From assembly GCA_043802485.1 (NCBI GenBank), contig JAZDKZ010000007.1, positions 50,457 to 114,456 of the forward strand: a stretch of 64,000 nucleotides of DNA, in the 5' to 3' direction. A model generated the notes under the pieces. The model was not told the origin of the DNA and did not search any database. It saw only the letters and a program-made list of their open reading frames with translations. This DNA is from Candidatus Aenigmatarchaeota archaeon (lineage in GTDB: Archaea > Aenigmatarchaeota > Aenigmatarchaeia > Aenigmatarchaeales > Aenigmatarchaeaceae). Position 1 is the first letter of the stretch, and every line of letters begins with the position of its first letter. The position numbers were made by a program, and so were the translations under genes. Shown piece by piece: positions 39,328 through 48,863 of this stretch.

Positions 39328-40472
39328 TCATGATGAAAGTAAAAGATATAATGTCAACCGACATAGCGTACGTTTCTCCGGAGGACAACGTGTCAAGCGT
39401 CATCTCCCTGATAGAGAAGAACTGCTTCAGAGAGATATTGGTCTTGGAGGACAACAAACTGAAGGGAATCGTCTACTCCAAGGAAATAGCAAACAAGGGT
39501 ATAAACGACCCGTCGAGGATAAAAGTCAGGACGATAATGGGCCACATGCCAGCAACATTGAAAGCAGACCATGAAGCCGACGAGGCAGCAAAACTTATTC
39601 TGAGAACAGGCCTCAGGGCATTGCCTGTGCTAGAGAACCAAAAGGTAGTGGGCGTGGTGTCCATGCACGATATCGTGGATATGGCAGCAAAGGGAAAGGC
39701 TTTCAGGCAGACAAAGGCAGAGGCAGTAATGTCAACTGCAGTGATAGTCGGCGAAGAGGATGATATGGGGACTGTAAGGCTCCTGATGAGAGAAAAGAAC
39801 ATATCAAGGATACCTGTTGTTGACGGGAAGAAGAAGCTTTCAGGCGTTGTAACGATATTCGATCTGCTAAAGGCAGTGAAGCCAAAGGAAAGGATGACCT
39901 TCTATTCGATGGCAGCAGAAAAGGTGACTGTTATGGGTATTCCTCTGTCTGTTGTTATGAACAAGCATCCGACAACAGTTGAAAAGAAAAATCCTCTGAA
40001 CGATGCTGTCAGTCTCATGAGAAAGTATGAAACAGACGGCGTGATTGTCGTTGAGGACAATGTTCCAATAGGCGTTGTGACAGAAAAGGACCTTTTGGAA
40101 TTCTATGTTTCAGGCTTGAAGCAGAAAGGCATGAACTACCAGATAAGCGGCCTTGTGGACGAGGATGATTTCGTCGTGAACACGGTGGACAGGATGATAA
40201 GAGACAGCTTGCAAAAACTGTCCAAGATGGTGAGGGCAGAGTTCTTCTTCCTGCACGTCAAGCGATACGACAAGGGTGGCAGGATAAAGTACTCGATAAG
40301 AACAAGGCTGAGGGCAGAAAAAGGCTTCTATGTATCAAAGGCGTATTCGTGGGACCTAAGATCGGCTGTGGACGAGGCGATGGACAAGCTGGATAAAATA
40401 GTGATAAAGAACAAGAAAACCAAGAGAGACAGATTAAAAGAAATGTTAAGGTTTAAGAAGTTGCTAAGATAA
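39324..40472 (+). CDS. 4xCBS protein with C-terminal HPF/RaiA-like domain (candidate ribosome hibernation factor)
   Basis: Four CBS repeats; C-terminal 'LHVKRY...KYSIRTRL...WDLRSAVDEAMDKL'. Confidence 0.8.
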   Translation: MIMMKVKDIMSTDIAYVSPEDNVSSVISLIEKNCFREILVLEDNKLKGIVYSKEIANKGINDPSRIKVRTIMGHMPATLKADHEADEAAKLILRTGLRALPVLENQKVVGVVSMHDIVDMAAKGKAFRQTKAEAVMSTAVIVGEEDDMGTVRLLMREKNISRIPVVDGKKKLSGVVTIFDLLKAVKPKERMTFYSMAAEKVTVMGIPLSVVMNKHPTTVEKKNPLNDAVSLMRKYETDGVIVVEDNVPIGVVTEKDLLEFYVSGLKQKGMNYQISGLVDEDDFVVNTVDRMIRDSLQKLSKMVRAEFFFLHVKRYDKGGRIKYSIRTRLRAEKGFYVSKAYSWDLRSAVDEAMDKLDKIVIKNKKTKRDRLKEMLRFKKLLR

Positions 40473-40483
40473 GATATAGAAAG

Positions 40484-40624
40484 GTGAATTCTATTCAAGT
40501 TATCTGCGATCGTTGCAAAAAGTCAGTCAAGGAAGTCGGAAGGCTTACGAACGTCAAGTGGAAGGGCGTGAACCAGAAGATTTGCAAGTTCTGCAGAAGG
40601 AAGCTAAAGATTAGAGTAAGATGA
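40484..40624 (+). CDS. Small CxxC-CxxC zinc-finger protein (43-46 aa)
   Basis: 'VICDRCKKSVKEVGRL..VKWKG...KICKFCRRKL'; fills the intergenic gap exactly; not in the ORF track. Confidence 0.65.
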   Translation: MNSIQVICDRCKKSVKEVGRLTNVKWKGVNQKICKFCRRKLKIRVR

Positions 40625-41242
40625 TTACATCCAGTCTTCTTCCCATTCTTCCATTCTGTCTTCATCAATGACAGGCGTTTTTCTTCTTTTGATTATGTGC
40701 TCTCCGTACTTTTCTCTCAGCTTTAGACCCACAATCAGACCGAATGCGAGTCCAAAAAGGTGAGCAGCATTTGCAACACCTGACGGAGCGAAAAACCCGA
40801 TTATATCACCAATGGCCCAAAGGACAACAGCAACAGCCATAGGCATAGGAATATATGAAACGTATACAGTCATTCTTGATCTCAAAACACCAAGTGCTCC
40901 CAGAACACCAAATATTGCTCCCGAAGCTCCTATTGATGCAGCATAGAAAGGAATAGTTCCCAGTCCGGCTATTACTCCTGAGACAAAGTATAGAATTAGG
41001 AATTTCTTTCCGCCTATCACCTTCTCAAGCACCGAACCGAACAGACCTAGCGCAAACATGTTGTAGAAAAGGTGCTCAAAACCTCCGTGAAGGAACATAC
41101 TTGTTATTAATGTCCATGGTCTTGCGAAAACGTCAGCAGAGACAAGAGCATATTCATCTGTTATTGATGGGTAAGCAAGCTGGAAGATGAAGACGATTAC
41201 ACAAATCGCTACCAGTTGAAAGGCAAACCATCTGTATTTCAT
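40625..41242 (-). CDS. Rhomboid intramembrane serine protease
   Basis: 'PWTLITSMFLH...HLFYNM', 'GASGA', 'AHLFG'. Confidence 0.93.
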   Translation of the reverse strand: MKYRWFAFQLVAICVIVFIFQLAYPSITDEYALVSADVFARPWTLITSMFLHGGFEHLFYNMFALGLFGSVLEKVIGGKKFLILYFVSGVIAGLGTIPFYAASIGASGAIFGVLGALGVLRSRMTVYVSYIPMPMAVAVVLWAIGDIIGFFAPSGVANAAHLFGLAFGLIVGLKLREKYGEHIIKRRKTPVIDEDRMEEWEEDWM

Positions 41243-41247
41243 AAAAA

Positions 41248-42726
41248 TTATTCTATTTTATTAGAAATGAACTTTTCCAGATCATCTATTTTAACCCTTT
41301 GCTGCTCTGTGGTGTCCCTGTCCCTGACTGTAACGGTGCTGTCATCCATAGTGTCATAGTCGATGGTGACGCAGAACGGCGTTCCTATCTCGTCTGCCCT
41401 GGCATATCTCCTGCCTATCGAGCCAGACGGATCGAAGAAAACGTCGAAACTCTTCTTTAACATTTCAGAAACTTCCCTTGACTTTTCCTGCAAGCCGTCC
41501 TTCTTCACCAACGGGAATACACAAACAGTGTAAGGAGCTATCCTTGCAGGGAACTTGAACCAGTCCCATCCTCTTTCCTTATCCTCTACAAAACAATTCA
41601 AAAGTATTCCATAAATTGTTCTCTCAAGACCAAAACTCGGCTCTATAACATGCGGTAGAACCTTCTCATTGTCGTCCATTATGGTCATGTCCTTTCCCGA
41701 GCTTTGTGAATGGTTCTTCAAATCATAATCAGTCCTGTAAGCATTACCAACAGTCTCCTTCCAGCCAATGTCAAGCTTTATCTCCAAGTCAAAGTTGCCT
41801 TTCGAATAATGCGGGGTTTCCTCCGGCGTCATGTGCCTGTGTCTCAATGCTTCGAAAGGTATTCCCAATTTCTGGTAGAATATCATCTGCTTTGCCATAA
41901 AGTAAGCCATCCACTTGTTCGGAACGATTCCTTTGTCTACAGCTTCAGCGGCCGTCATCTCTTCTATGTCACCTTTTTTCTTCTGCGCTTCCTGTGTCAT
42001 CATCCTCAGCTTTTCTTTAGAAACTTTACCAAATTTGGAACAGTCGTTCATTTTTTTTGGATTGATGAACATCTCTATCTCCATCTGGTTAAACTCTCTA
42101 ACGCGAATAATCCACTGCCTGGGTGATATCTCGTTCCTGTAAGAAGTTCCCATCTGGGCAATGCCAAAAGGCAGCTTGGATCTGGCAGACCTAGCAATGA
42201 AGCTGAAATTAGTAAATATTCCCTGCGCTGTCTCCGGCCTTAGGTAAGCAATGTTGCCTTCCACCGGGCCGACGGTTGTCTTGAGCATTAGGTTGAATAC
42301 TTTGGCATCATCCAGCTCTCCCTTGCACTTGGGGCATCTGACATTGTTCTCCTTGATGACCTTTGTCAATTCTTCCGTAATCATGCCCTCGACGAACTTT
42401 CCTGTCTTTTCCTCTATAAGGGTGTCCGTCCTGAACATGCCCTTGCATTTTTTACATTGCGTCAGAGGATCAACAAAACTGTCCAGATGTCCCGATGCCC
42501 TGAACACAGACTCTGGAGCTATTGTTGTGGACTTTATCTCAATTATGTCGTCCTGCTTCAGGAAGAACTCTCTCCAGAAATTTTCTATCTTCGTCTTCAG
42601 CTTGAAACCAAGATGACCGAAATCGTAGAATCCTGAAAGGCCTCCGTATATCTCTGCCGACGGATAGATGAATCCTCGCATCTTTGCTATCTGCTCTATC
42701 TTTTCTATGTTGGCCATACAAATCAT
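41248..42726 (-). CDS. glyS: Glycine-tRNA ligase (alpha2 type)
   Basis: 'LRPETAQGIF', 'RNEISPR', 'REFNQMEIE', 'VIEPSFG', 'SIGRRYARADEIG'. Confidence 0.96.
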   Translation of the reverse strand: MICMANIEKIEQIAKMRGFIYPSAEIYGGLSGFYDFGHLGFKLKTKIENFWREFFLKQDDIIEIKSTTIAPESVFRASGHLDSFVDPLTQCKKCKGMFRTDTLIEEKTGKFVEGMITEELTKVIKENNVRCPKCKGELDDAKVFNLMLKTTVGPVEGNIAYLRPETAQGIFTNFSFIARSARSKLPFGIAQMGTSYRNEISPRQWIIRVREFNQMEIEMFINPKKMNDCSKFGKVSKEKLRMMTQEAQKKKGDIEEMTAAEAVDKGIVPNKWMAYFMAKQMIFYQKLGIPFEALRHRHMTPEETPHYSKGNFDLEIKLDIGWKETVGNAYRTDYDLKNHSQSSGKDMTIMDDNEKVLPHVIEPSFGLERTIYGILLNCFVEDKERGWDWFKFPARIAPYTVCVFPLVKKDGLQEKSREVSEMLKKSFDVFFDPSGSIGRRYARADEIGTPFCVTIDYDTMDDSTVTVRDRDTTEQQRVKIDDLEKFISNKIE

Positions 42727-42767
42727 TAGTTATTTTGATTTATATCTATATTTAGAAAAAGTATTTA

Positions 42768-43361
42768 TTATTCTTCCATGAACAGCCTGATGCCTATACA
42801 GTCGCTAGAAAGGGGCGGCGTCATGTAAGCAGCATATACCTTGCTATCCTTGTCGAAAGAATAGCCTCTGACGATAGCGGCCCTGTCGTGCTGATCCCTG
42901 TTTATTCCCAACCAGTGCATGTTCCCGTTATTCCTCTGCGGCAGGGAATTAAGAATCCTCAAAGGGCCTTGAAAGTCATACTCTCTCTTGTTGTCAACTT
43001 TCCTCACTTCAGGATTAGTCATAAGAAAGCTGCCGTCAAGATATTCAGCCTTCCATTCGAAAGGGAACGACAGGGCGATTCGCCTGAATTTGTCATCTAA
43101 ATTCCTAAAAGCCATGTAATCCTCTCTAAGCGTCGGCAGTCTTATCTTGGTTCCGTTATTACTCAATTTCTTTGTTAACAGTTGGGCTTCGGCATAGTTG
43201 AGACATGTGACAGCAAACCCGTCGAAATACCTTAATTTATCCGGCGCTATCCTGCCATCAAGTCCGTCCACCTTTAGGAACTTATCAAAATCCAGCGGCT
43301 CAAGCTTTGAAATTGTCTTTTCAATCTTGCTCTTCCTGAAGAACATGATAATAGTAATCAT
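42768..43361 (-). CDS. Hypothetical protein
   Basis: 197-aa ORF without a recognisable family. Confidence 0.55.
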   Translation of the reverse strand: MITIIMFFRKSKIEKTISKLEPLDFDKFLKVDGLDGRIAPDKLRYFDGFAVTCLNYAEAQLLTKKLSNNGTKIRLPTLREDYMAFRNLDDKFRRIALSFPFEWKAEYLDGSFLMTNPEVRKVDNKREYDFQGPLRILNSLPQRNNGNMHWLGINRDQHDRAAIVRGYSFDKDSKVYAAYMTPPLSSDCIGIRLFMEE

Positions 43362-43377
43362 GACAGAAGCATCTAGA

Positions 43378-44547
43378 TTATTTCCTACTTGGGGTGGTCA
43401 AAAGGGAAATAACTGAAAAGGCAATCACTATCAAACCGAAAGTTACAAAGCCCCAAGTAAGGTCCCCTACCTGGGAAACCAAACCGAAAACAGCTATCAG
43501 GCCTATGGCCAATCCCTCTGACAGGAAGGACTTTATCGACATTATAGTGGCTCTCTGGTGCGTCCTGATCTCTCTCTGAAGCTTGGCATCGGAGAAAACC
43601 AGACCAACAGAAGTGAAGAAGAATGCCAGAATGAAGAAAGGCATGAGCAGTAGTGTCTTGAAAGAAACTGATATGATAAGGAAGATTCCTGAAAGCGATG
43701 ACAGGATGTAGATGAAGTCGACATTATCAAAGCGCTTCTTGAACTTGTAGGCAAACCTGCTGCCTATAGCATCGACAGCTATTATTGTCACGGCAGCAAC
43801 ACCGAAGAAGGAGACAGGTATATCCAGCCAGCTGAAATAAAGCTGCTCATACTCGTTAAGGGTTCCTATGAAAGAAAACACAACAACAGAATAGAACACC
43901 ATCCTCATCAAAGTTCTGTTGTTTAAGGATGCCTTCACTGCTCTCTTTATCAGTTGGAAATATTTCAGCTCCTCGCTAGGCGTCTTCTTTGCCCTTATCT
44001 CCCTGAACGAAAGCACAGGCACTATCGCAGCCAGCATCATCAATGAAGAAAGTATCAGCACCAGATCAAAGCTGTAGGAAGCAATGAAACCTCCTAAAAG
44101 TACAGAAGTTCCTATAGCCAAGTTAGAATAAAACCTTGCCCGACCAATAACCTTTTCGTATGAGCCGGTCTTTCTGAATATCCTGAGGTTGTCGAAAAGT
44201 AGGGCCTCTTGAGTACCTGAATAAAACGCACTGCCCAAGCCCCAGCAAACAAAGCCTAAAGCGAACATAACGAAATTGTTGGCAAAAATCCAGATGCCGA
44301 AACCAACAGCCTTTGATATCAAACCTAGGATGAGCATATACTTCCTGTTCCATTTGTCCGCAAGCGCTCCGGACGGAACCTCGAAAACAAGGGTGAAACC
44401 GCTCCATATAGCAAGCAGCATGGATATGTCCATCAGGGTCAGGCCTGCCATCTTGAAAAGCAGGACATAGACTGCATAGATGAAGGCAAACTCCTTGAGA
44501 AACCTGTAAGCATAATAGTTCCTGATAAATTTCTTGTATTTGGGCAT
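43378..44547 (-). CDS. MFS transporter
   Basis: 12 TM; 'EVPSGALADKWNRK', 'SGTQEALLFD', 'RATIMS'. Confidence 0.92.
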   Translation of the reverse strand: MPKYKKFIRNYYAYRFLKEFAFIYAVYVLLFKMAGLTLMDISMLLAIWSGFTLVFEVPSGALADKWNRKYMLILGLISKAVGFGIWIFANNFVMFALGFVCWGLGSAFYSGTQEALLFDNLRIFRKTGSYEKVIGRARFYSNLAIGTSVLLGGFIASYSFDLVLILSSLMMLAAIVPVLSFREIRAKKTPSEELKYFQLIKRAVKASLNNRTLMRMVFYSVVVFSFIGTLNEYEQLYFSWLDIPVSFFGVAAVTIIAVDAIGSRFAYKFKKRFDNVDFIYILSSLSGIFLIISVSFKTLLLMPFFILAFFFTSVGLVFSDAKLQREIRTHQRATIMSIKSFLSEGLAIGLIAVFGLVSQVGDLTWGFVTFGLIVIAFSVISLLTTPSRK

Positions 44548-44627
44548 ATAGCTAGAAGTTGGAATTTCTGGCTTAAATCAATATCATAGTGGTAAAACAT
44601 TAAATAAAATATAGACGAATATCTATT

Positions 44628-45437
44628 ATGAGCCTTTTTGTCAATCCTTCAGTTCTAGAGCAAACATTCCTGCCAAAGCTTCTTCCCTTTAGGGAGGGGC
44701 AGCACAAGTACCTGGCAGAGTGCATCAAGCCCTTGTTCGAGAGGAGGAGCGGCAGCAACCTGATGATATCAGGCCCTTCTGGCATAGGCAAGACTGCTTG
44801 TACAAAATACATACTAAGGGAACTACTGGAAGAGACGGACAACATAATGCCGATATACATCAACTGCTGGAAGCGTGATACAAGTCCAAAAATAATAAAC
44901 GAGATAGCCAAGAAGATGGACATCAAGCTCATCGAAAAGACTTCATCAGACGAAATATTCGACAGGATAATAGAAAAGCTCAGCAAGTATGATGGCGTGG
45001 TGTTCGCCTTCGACGAGCTGGACAAGGTAAAGGACTTTGACTTTCTCTACAGGATACTGGAAGACGTCCCCTACAAGACCATGTTCCTGATAACCAACAT
45101 AAAAGACATTGTCACAAAGATGGACAGCCGACTGCTCTCGAGGATGCTCCTGGAGAAAGTTGAGTTCAAACCGTACAACTTTGAGGAGACACGCCAGATA
45201 CTGTTTGAAAGGCAGAAGTACGCCTTCTCTCCAGATTCTTGGGACTATGACGCTTCTGAAATTATAATGAGAAAGGCCTACGAGGCAAAGGATATCAGGA
45301 CAGGACTGTTCCTGATGAAGACCGCCGGCGAGCTGGCTAACAAAGAGAACGCACCCAAGATAGTCATGAAACATGTTGACAAGGCGATGGAGAAGATTGA
45401 CGACGTCGGCAAGTCCAAGCTCGGCAACTTTATCTAG
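44628..45437 (+). CDS. Cdc6/Orc1-like AAA+ ATPase lacking the C-terminal wHTH
   Basis: 'LPFREGQ', Walker A 'GPSGIGKT', 'YINCW', Walker B 'FDELD', 'DSRLLSR', 'FKPY', 'DIR'; only 269 aa. Confidence 0.85.
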   Translation: MSLFVNPSVLEQTFLPKLLPFREGQHKYLAECIKPLFERRSGSNLMISGPSGIGKTACTKYILRELLEETDNIMPIYINCWKRDTSPKIINEIAKKMDIKLIEKTSSDEIFDRIIEKLSKYDGVVFAFDELDKVKDFDFLYRILEDVPYKTMFLITNIKDIVTKMDSRLLSRMLLEKVEFKPYNFEETRQILFERQKYAFSPDSWDYDASEIIMRKAYEAKDIRTGLFLMKTAGELANKENAPKIVMKHVDKAMEKIDDVGKSKLGNFI

Positions 45438-45493
45438 TCTTCAAAATTCAAGCTTAAATCTTTAATGTTTCTATTATTTAACAGCGTGTTGTT

Positions 45494-45892
45494 ATGGCAC
45501 TAAAAGTTGACAAAAAATTTTCTTATTTGACTGACTTGACAGACCATAATGAGGAATTAGGTTTCTATAAAAAACTAACTTCTAAAATAGGTGGTATTTT
45601 CAAGAAAAAAACAAGAGATACTAGTTACCGAAAACACGTTTCTGATATAATTTCCAGCCCACCAAGACTTTACATATTATGGCGAATATGTGAAGGTAGT
45701 AAATCTGTCGGTGAAATAAAAAAGAGTATCCCTGAATCTGAGAGTTTAATAAGTAAAAGGTATTTCAAAAAACTAGAAGACGATGGATTAATAACTTTAG
45801 ATGAAAATGGTTATGCCCCGACAGAAATGGGACAGAAGGTAAACAAGGTACTTAGAAACATATCTGAAGCTTCAGATAAGGTCAAGTTCTGA
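45494..45892 (+). CDS. Putative winged-helix protein (AT-rich)
   Basis: 'RLYILWRI...KKLEDDGLI...YAPTEMG'. Confidence 0.6.
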   Translation: MALKVDKKFSYLTDLTDHNEELGFYKKLTSKIGGIFKKKTRDTSYRKHVSDIISSPPRLYILWRICEGSKSVGEIKKSIPESESLISKRYFKKLEDDGLITLDENGYAPTEMGQKVNKVLRNISEASDKVKF

Positions 45893-45932
45893 AAACAATT
45901 TAAATTTTAAATGTCAATTAATATCGGTTCTA

Positions 45933-46301
45933 ATGAGTTGCTATCCTGCATACATAGAGGCACCTGATGGTTATACCAAGCCTGTAGAAATCTGCACAAA
46001 CCAGAATCTCCCCAAAAAAATCAAGGGTAGAACCGATGGTTATCGGATTGAAATAAGTAAAGATCTCGACGATTTGTACGGCCTTGGAATTTCTGACCCA
46101 GAAACTTATGTCCTTATACACGAATGCTTCCACATAATACACCCTAAAAAAAACGAGTATGAAATCAGGATTTTATCGGACATCGAATATGAAATACAGA
46201 CGGGTGAAAGGGTAGACACGACATGCTATTTCAAGCATGAAGGTTCAAGCTCTTATTCCAATTTTTTGAAAGAAATAAAAAAGTCAGGGCGCTTTGATTG
46301 A
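45933..46301 (+). CDS. Small HExxH protein
   Basis: 'YVLIHECFHIIHP...E'. Confidence 0.55.
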   Translation: MSCYPAYIEAPDGYTKPVEICTNQNLPKKIKGRTDGYRIEISKDLDDLYGLGISDPETYVLIHECFHIIHPKKNEYEIRILSDIEYEIQTGERVDTTCYFKHEGSSSYSNFLKEIKKSGRFD

Positions 46302-46440
46302 TTTTAAATATTTTCTGCTCTAATTAGTATTAAGGCGATTTGATGGACTGGGATTCACTCCAATTTATTTAGAAGTTTTGTCTAGTTCTAAGAATATTAA
46401 TAAAGATAAGGAGAGTTATCTATATTTTAAGAGTGATTAA

Positions 46441-47544
46441 ATGGCTGAAAGAATAGACCCCTGGGGCTCGGTCCTGATAGAGGACTACAGCAAGATCATA
46501 GAGAACTATGGTATGGAGAGCTTTGACGAGAAGATTCTCAAAAAGCTGCCAAAACCCAACAGGCTCATGAGAAGGTTTGTGGTGTTCGGTCACCAGAATC
46601 TGGAGAGAATTGTTGACGCCATAGTCAACAAGAAGGAGTTTGCCATACTCACGGGTATAATGCCCTCTTCTGAAAAGCTGCACTTAGGCAACAAGATGGT
46701 GATAGAGATGGTAAAGTACTTCCAGGAACATGGAGGCAAGGCCTTTGTTCTGGTAGCTGACCTCGAATCCCTAGCAACCAGAGACATATCTTTGGAAGAT
46801 GCTGAGAAAAGGGCTCTGAGCTTCCACATCCCTGCTTACATAGCATTGGGGCTGGATCCGAAGAAGACGGTGTTCTACTTCCAATCAAAGAACAAAAGAG
46901 TGAGGGACATGTCTGTAGAGTTGTCACCAAGGCTTACGATAAACGAGTACAGAGCTTTGTACGGAGAGCCTAGCGCGCCGAAGATAATCTCTTCACTGAC
47001 GCAGATATCGGACATTCTCTTTCCACAGTTTGACAAGGTCAAACCGGTAGTCGTACCGGTCGGTCCTGACCAGTCACCACACCTTAGGGCGACCAGGGAC
47101 GTGGTAAGAAGATACAAGAAGGTAAATTTCATACCGCCTTCAGCAACATATCACAAGTTCACACCCAGCCTTGATGGCAGCATGAAAATGAGCAAGAGCA
47201 ATCCCAAGAGCTTCATATCAATACCAGAGGACCCGAGCAAAGTGGGGAAGAAGCTGATGAGCGCAAAGACAGGCGGCTGTGAGACTATCGAGGAACAAAA
47301 AAAGAAGGGTGGTAAGCCTGATGAGTGCATAGTCTTTGAGATGTTCAAACAGCACCTGATAGAGGATGACAACGAACTGAATGATATTTACAAAAGCTGC
47401 AAAGGCGGCAAGATAATGTGCGGCGAATGCAAGAAGAAGGCGGCAGACCTTATGAAAAAATTCATGGAGGACTTTATACAGAAATTCGACAAGGCGAAGA
47501 AGAACGTTGACAAACTGAACATACTGAAATTCGAGTGTGAATAA
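46441..47544 (+). CDS. trpS: Tryptophan-tRNA ligase
   Basis: 'TGIMPS..LHLGN', 'VPVGPDQSPH', 'KMSKS'. Confidence 0.95.
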   Translation: MAERIDPWGSVLIEDYSKIIENYGMESFDEKILKKLPKPNRLMRRFVVFGHQNLERIVDAIVNKKEFAILTGIMPSSEKLHLGNKMVIEMVKYFQEHGGKAFVLVADLESLATRDISLEDAEKRALSFHIPAYIALGLDPKKTVFYFQSKNKRVRDMSVELSPRLTINEYRALYGEPSAPKIISSLTQISDILFPQFDKVKPVVVPVGPDQSPHLRATRDVVRRYKKVNFIPPSATYHKFTPSLDGSMKMSKSNPKSFISIPEDPSKVGKKLMSAKTGGCETIEEQKKKGGKPDECIVFEMFKQHLIEDDNELNDIYKSCKGGKIMCGECKKKAADLMKKFMEDFIQKFDKAKKNVDKLNILKFECE

Positions 47545-48862
47545 AATGTACAAGCTTACAGAAGAGGGAAAGGACTATCTGAAGAACGGCCTGCCTGAAA
47601 AGCAGCTGCTGAATTTCATAGGCAATGAAAAGCCTATGCAGGATGTCGTAAATTTTTCCAATTCCAAAATAGCCATAGGCTGGGCAAGGAAGAGCGGCTG
47701 GATAAATATCGAGAACGGAATGGTTTCCCTGACAGATTCTGGAAAAAGGGCAAAGAACGACAAGAGCAAAACCGAAGCCGCCTTGGAGATAGTCGACAAA
47801 AAAGGAGAGGACGAACAGGAAATTATCAAGATTCTTCTGAGCAGAAATTTGATAGTCGAGACAAAGCAAGTTGTGGTGAAGCATATCAAGAAAAAAAGGT
47901 GCTCATTCTTCAAGAAGCTTTTCAAGAAGAAGGAAAAGAAAGAGGAAGCAAAAGAAGAGGTAAAAGAGATTGCCCAGCTGACACCGGACATGCTAAAAAC
48001 CGGCACATGGAAGAACGCCAACTTTAGAAGGTACGACGTCAATGCACCAGCGCCAAAGTTGTACGGCGGCAAGAAGCAACCTTGCGTTCAATTCCTGGAG
48101 GACATAAGAGAGAAATTAATAGGTATGGGTTTTCAGGAGATGCAAGGGCCCATGGTAGAGACCTTGTTCTGGAACTCTGACGCTCTGTTCATGCCGCAGG
48201 ACCATCCTGCCAGAGGCATCCATGACGTATTCTACTTGAAGAATCCGTCTACTGGAGATTTGCCAGACGAGAATTTAGTTGCTAAAGTAAAGGCTACTCA
48301 TGAGGGCGGCTGGATAACAGACAGCACCGGCTGGGGAGGGACATGGAACAAGGAAGACGCTAGAAAACTTATACTGAGGTCACAGACAACAGCCGTATCC
48401 GCCAGAACCCTTTTTGAAGTGGGCGACAAGCCAGGAAAATACTTCACAATAGACAGGAACTTTAGACCTGATGCTATAGATGTGCATCATTTGATGGAAT
48501 TCGCCCACTGCGAAGGCATAGTGGTAGGTGAGAACCTAACTTTCAGCCATCTGTTAGGATTCTTGAAAGAGATTGCAGAGACAGTGGGGGTCGAACACGT
48601 CAAATACAAACCAGGATTCTTCCCGTTCACCGAGCCCTCTGTAGAGCTGTTCGGCAAAGTTGAAGGCAAGTGGCTCGAGCTGGGCGGGGCCGGTATGTTC
48701 AGACCAGAAGTGCTAAAGCCGCTGGGCATCAACAACTCACAAGTTTTGGCATGGGGCCTTGGCATCGCAAGGCTGGCTATGATCAAGCTGGGCATCAATG
48801 ATATTAGGATGCTCTATTCAGACGATTTGGAATTCTTAAGGAACGTTCCGATGGTGAGATGA
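47537..48862 (+). CDS. pheS: Phenylalanine-tRNA ligase alpha subunit
   Basis: 'LTEEG..YLKNGLPE', 'PQDHPAR', 'FPFTEPS', 'GAGMFRPE'. Confidence 0.96.
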   Translation: MNKMYKLTEEGKDYLKNGLPEKQLLNFIGNEKPMQDVVNFSNSKIAIGWARKSGWINIENGMVSLTDSGKRAKNDKSKTEAALEIVDKKGEDEQEIIKILLSRNLIVETKQVVVKHIKKKRCSFFKKLFKKKEKKEEAKEEVKEIAQLTPDMLKTGTWKNANFRRYDVNAPAPKLYGGKKQPCVQFLEDIREKLIGMGFQEMQGPMVETLFWNSDALFMPQDHPARGIHDVFYLKNPSTGDLPDENLVAKVKATHEGGWITDSTGWGGTWNKEDARKLILRSQTTAVSARTLFEVGDKPGKYFTIDRNFRPDAIDVHHLMEFAHCEGIVVGENLTFSHLLGFLKEIAETVGVEHVKYKPGFFPFTEPSVELFGKVEGKWLELGGAGMFRPEVLKPLGINNSQVLAWGLGIARLAMIKLGINDIRMLYSDDLEFLRNVPMVR

Positions 48863-48863
48863 T

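Noticed and set aside
44548-46440. Replication origin near the cdc6-like gene
   Set aside because: No ORB-like repeats or long unwinding element seen, and the protein lacks the origin-binding domain.
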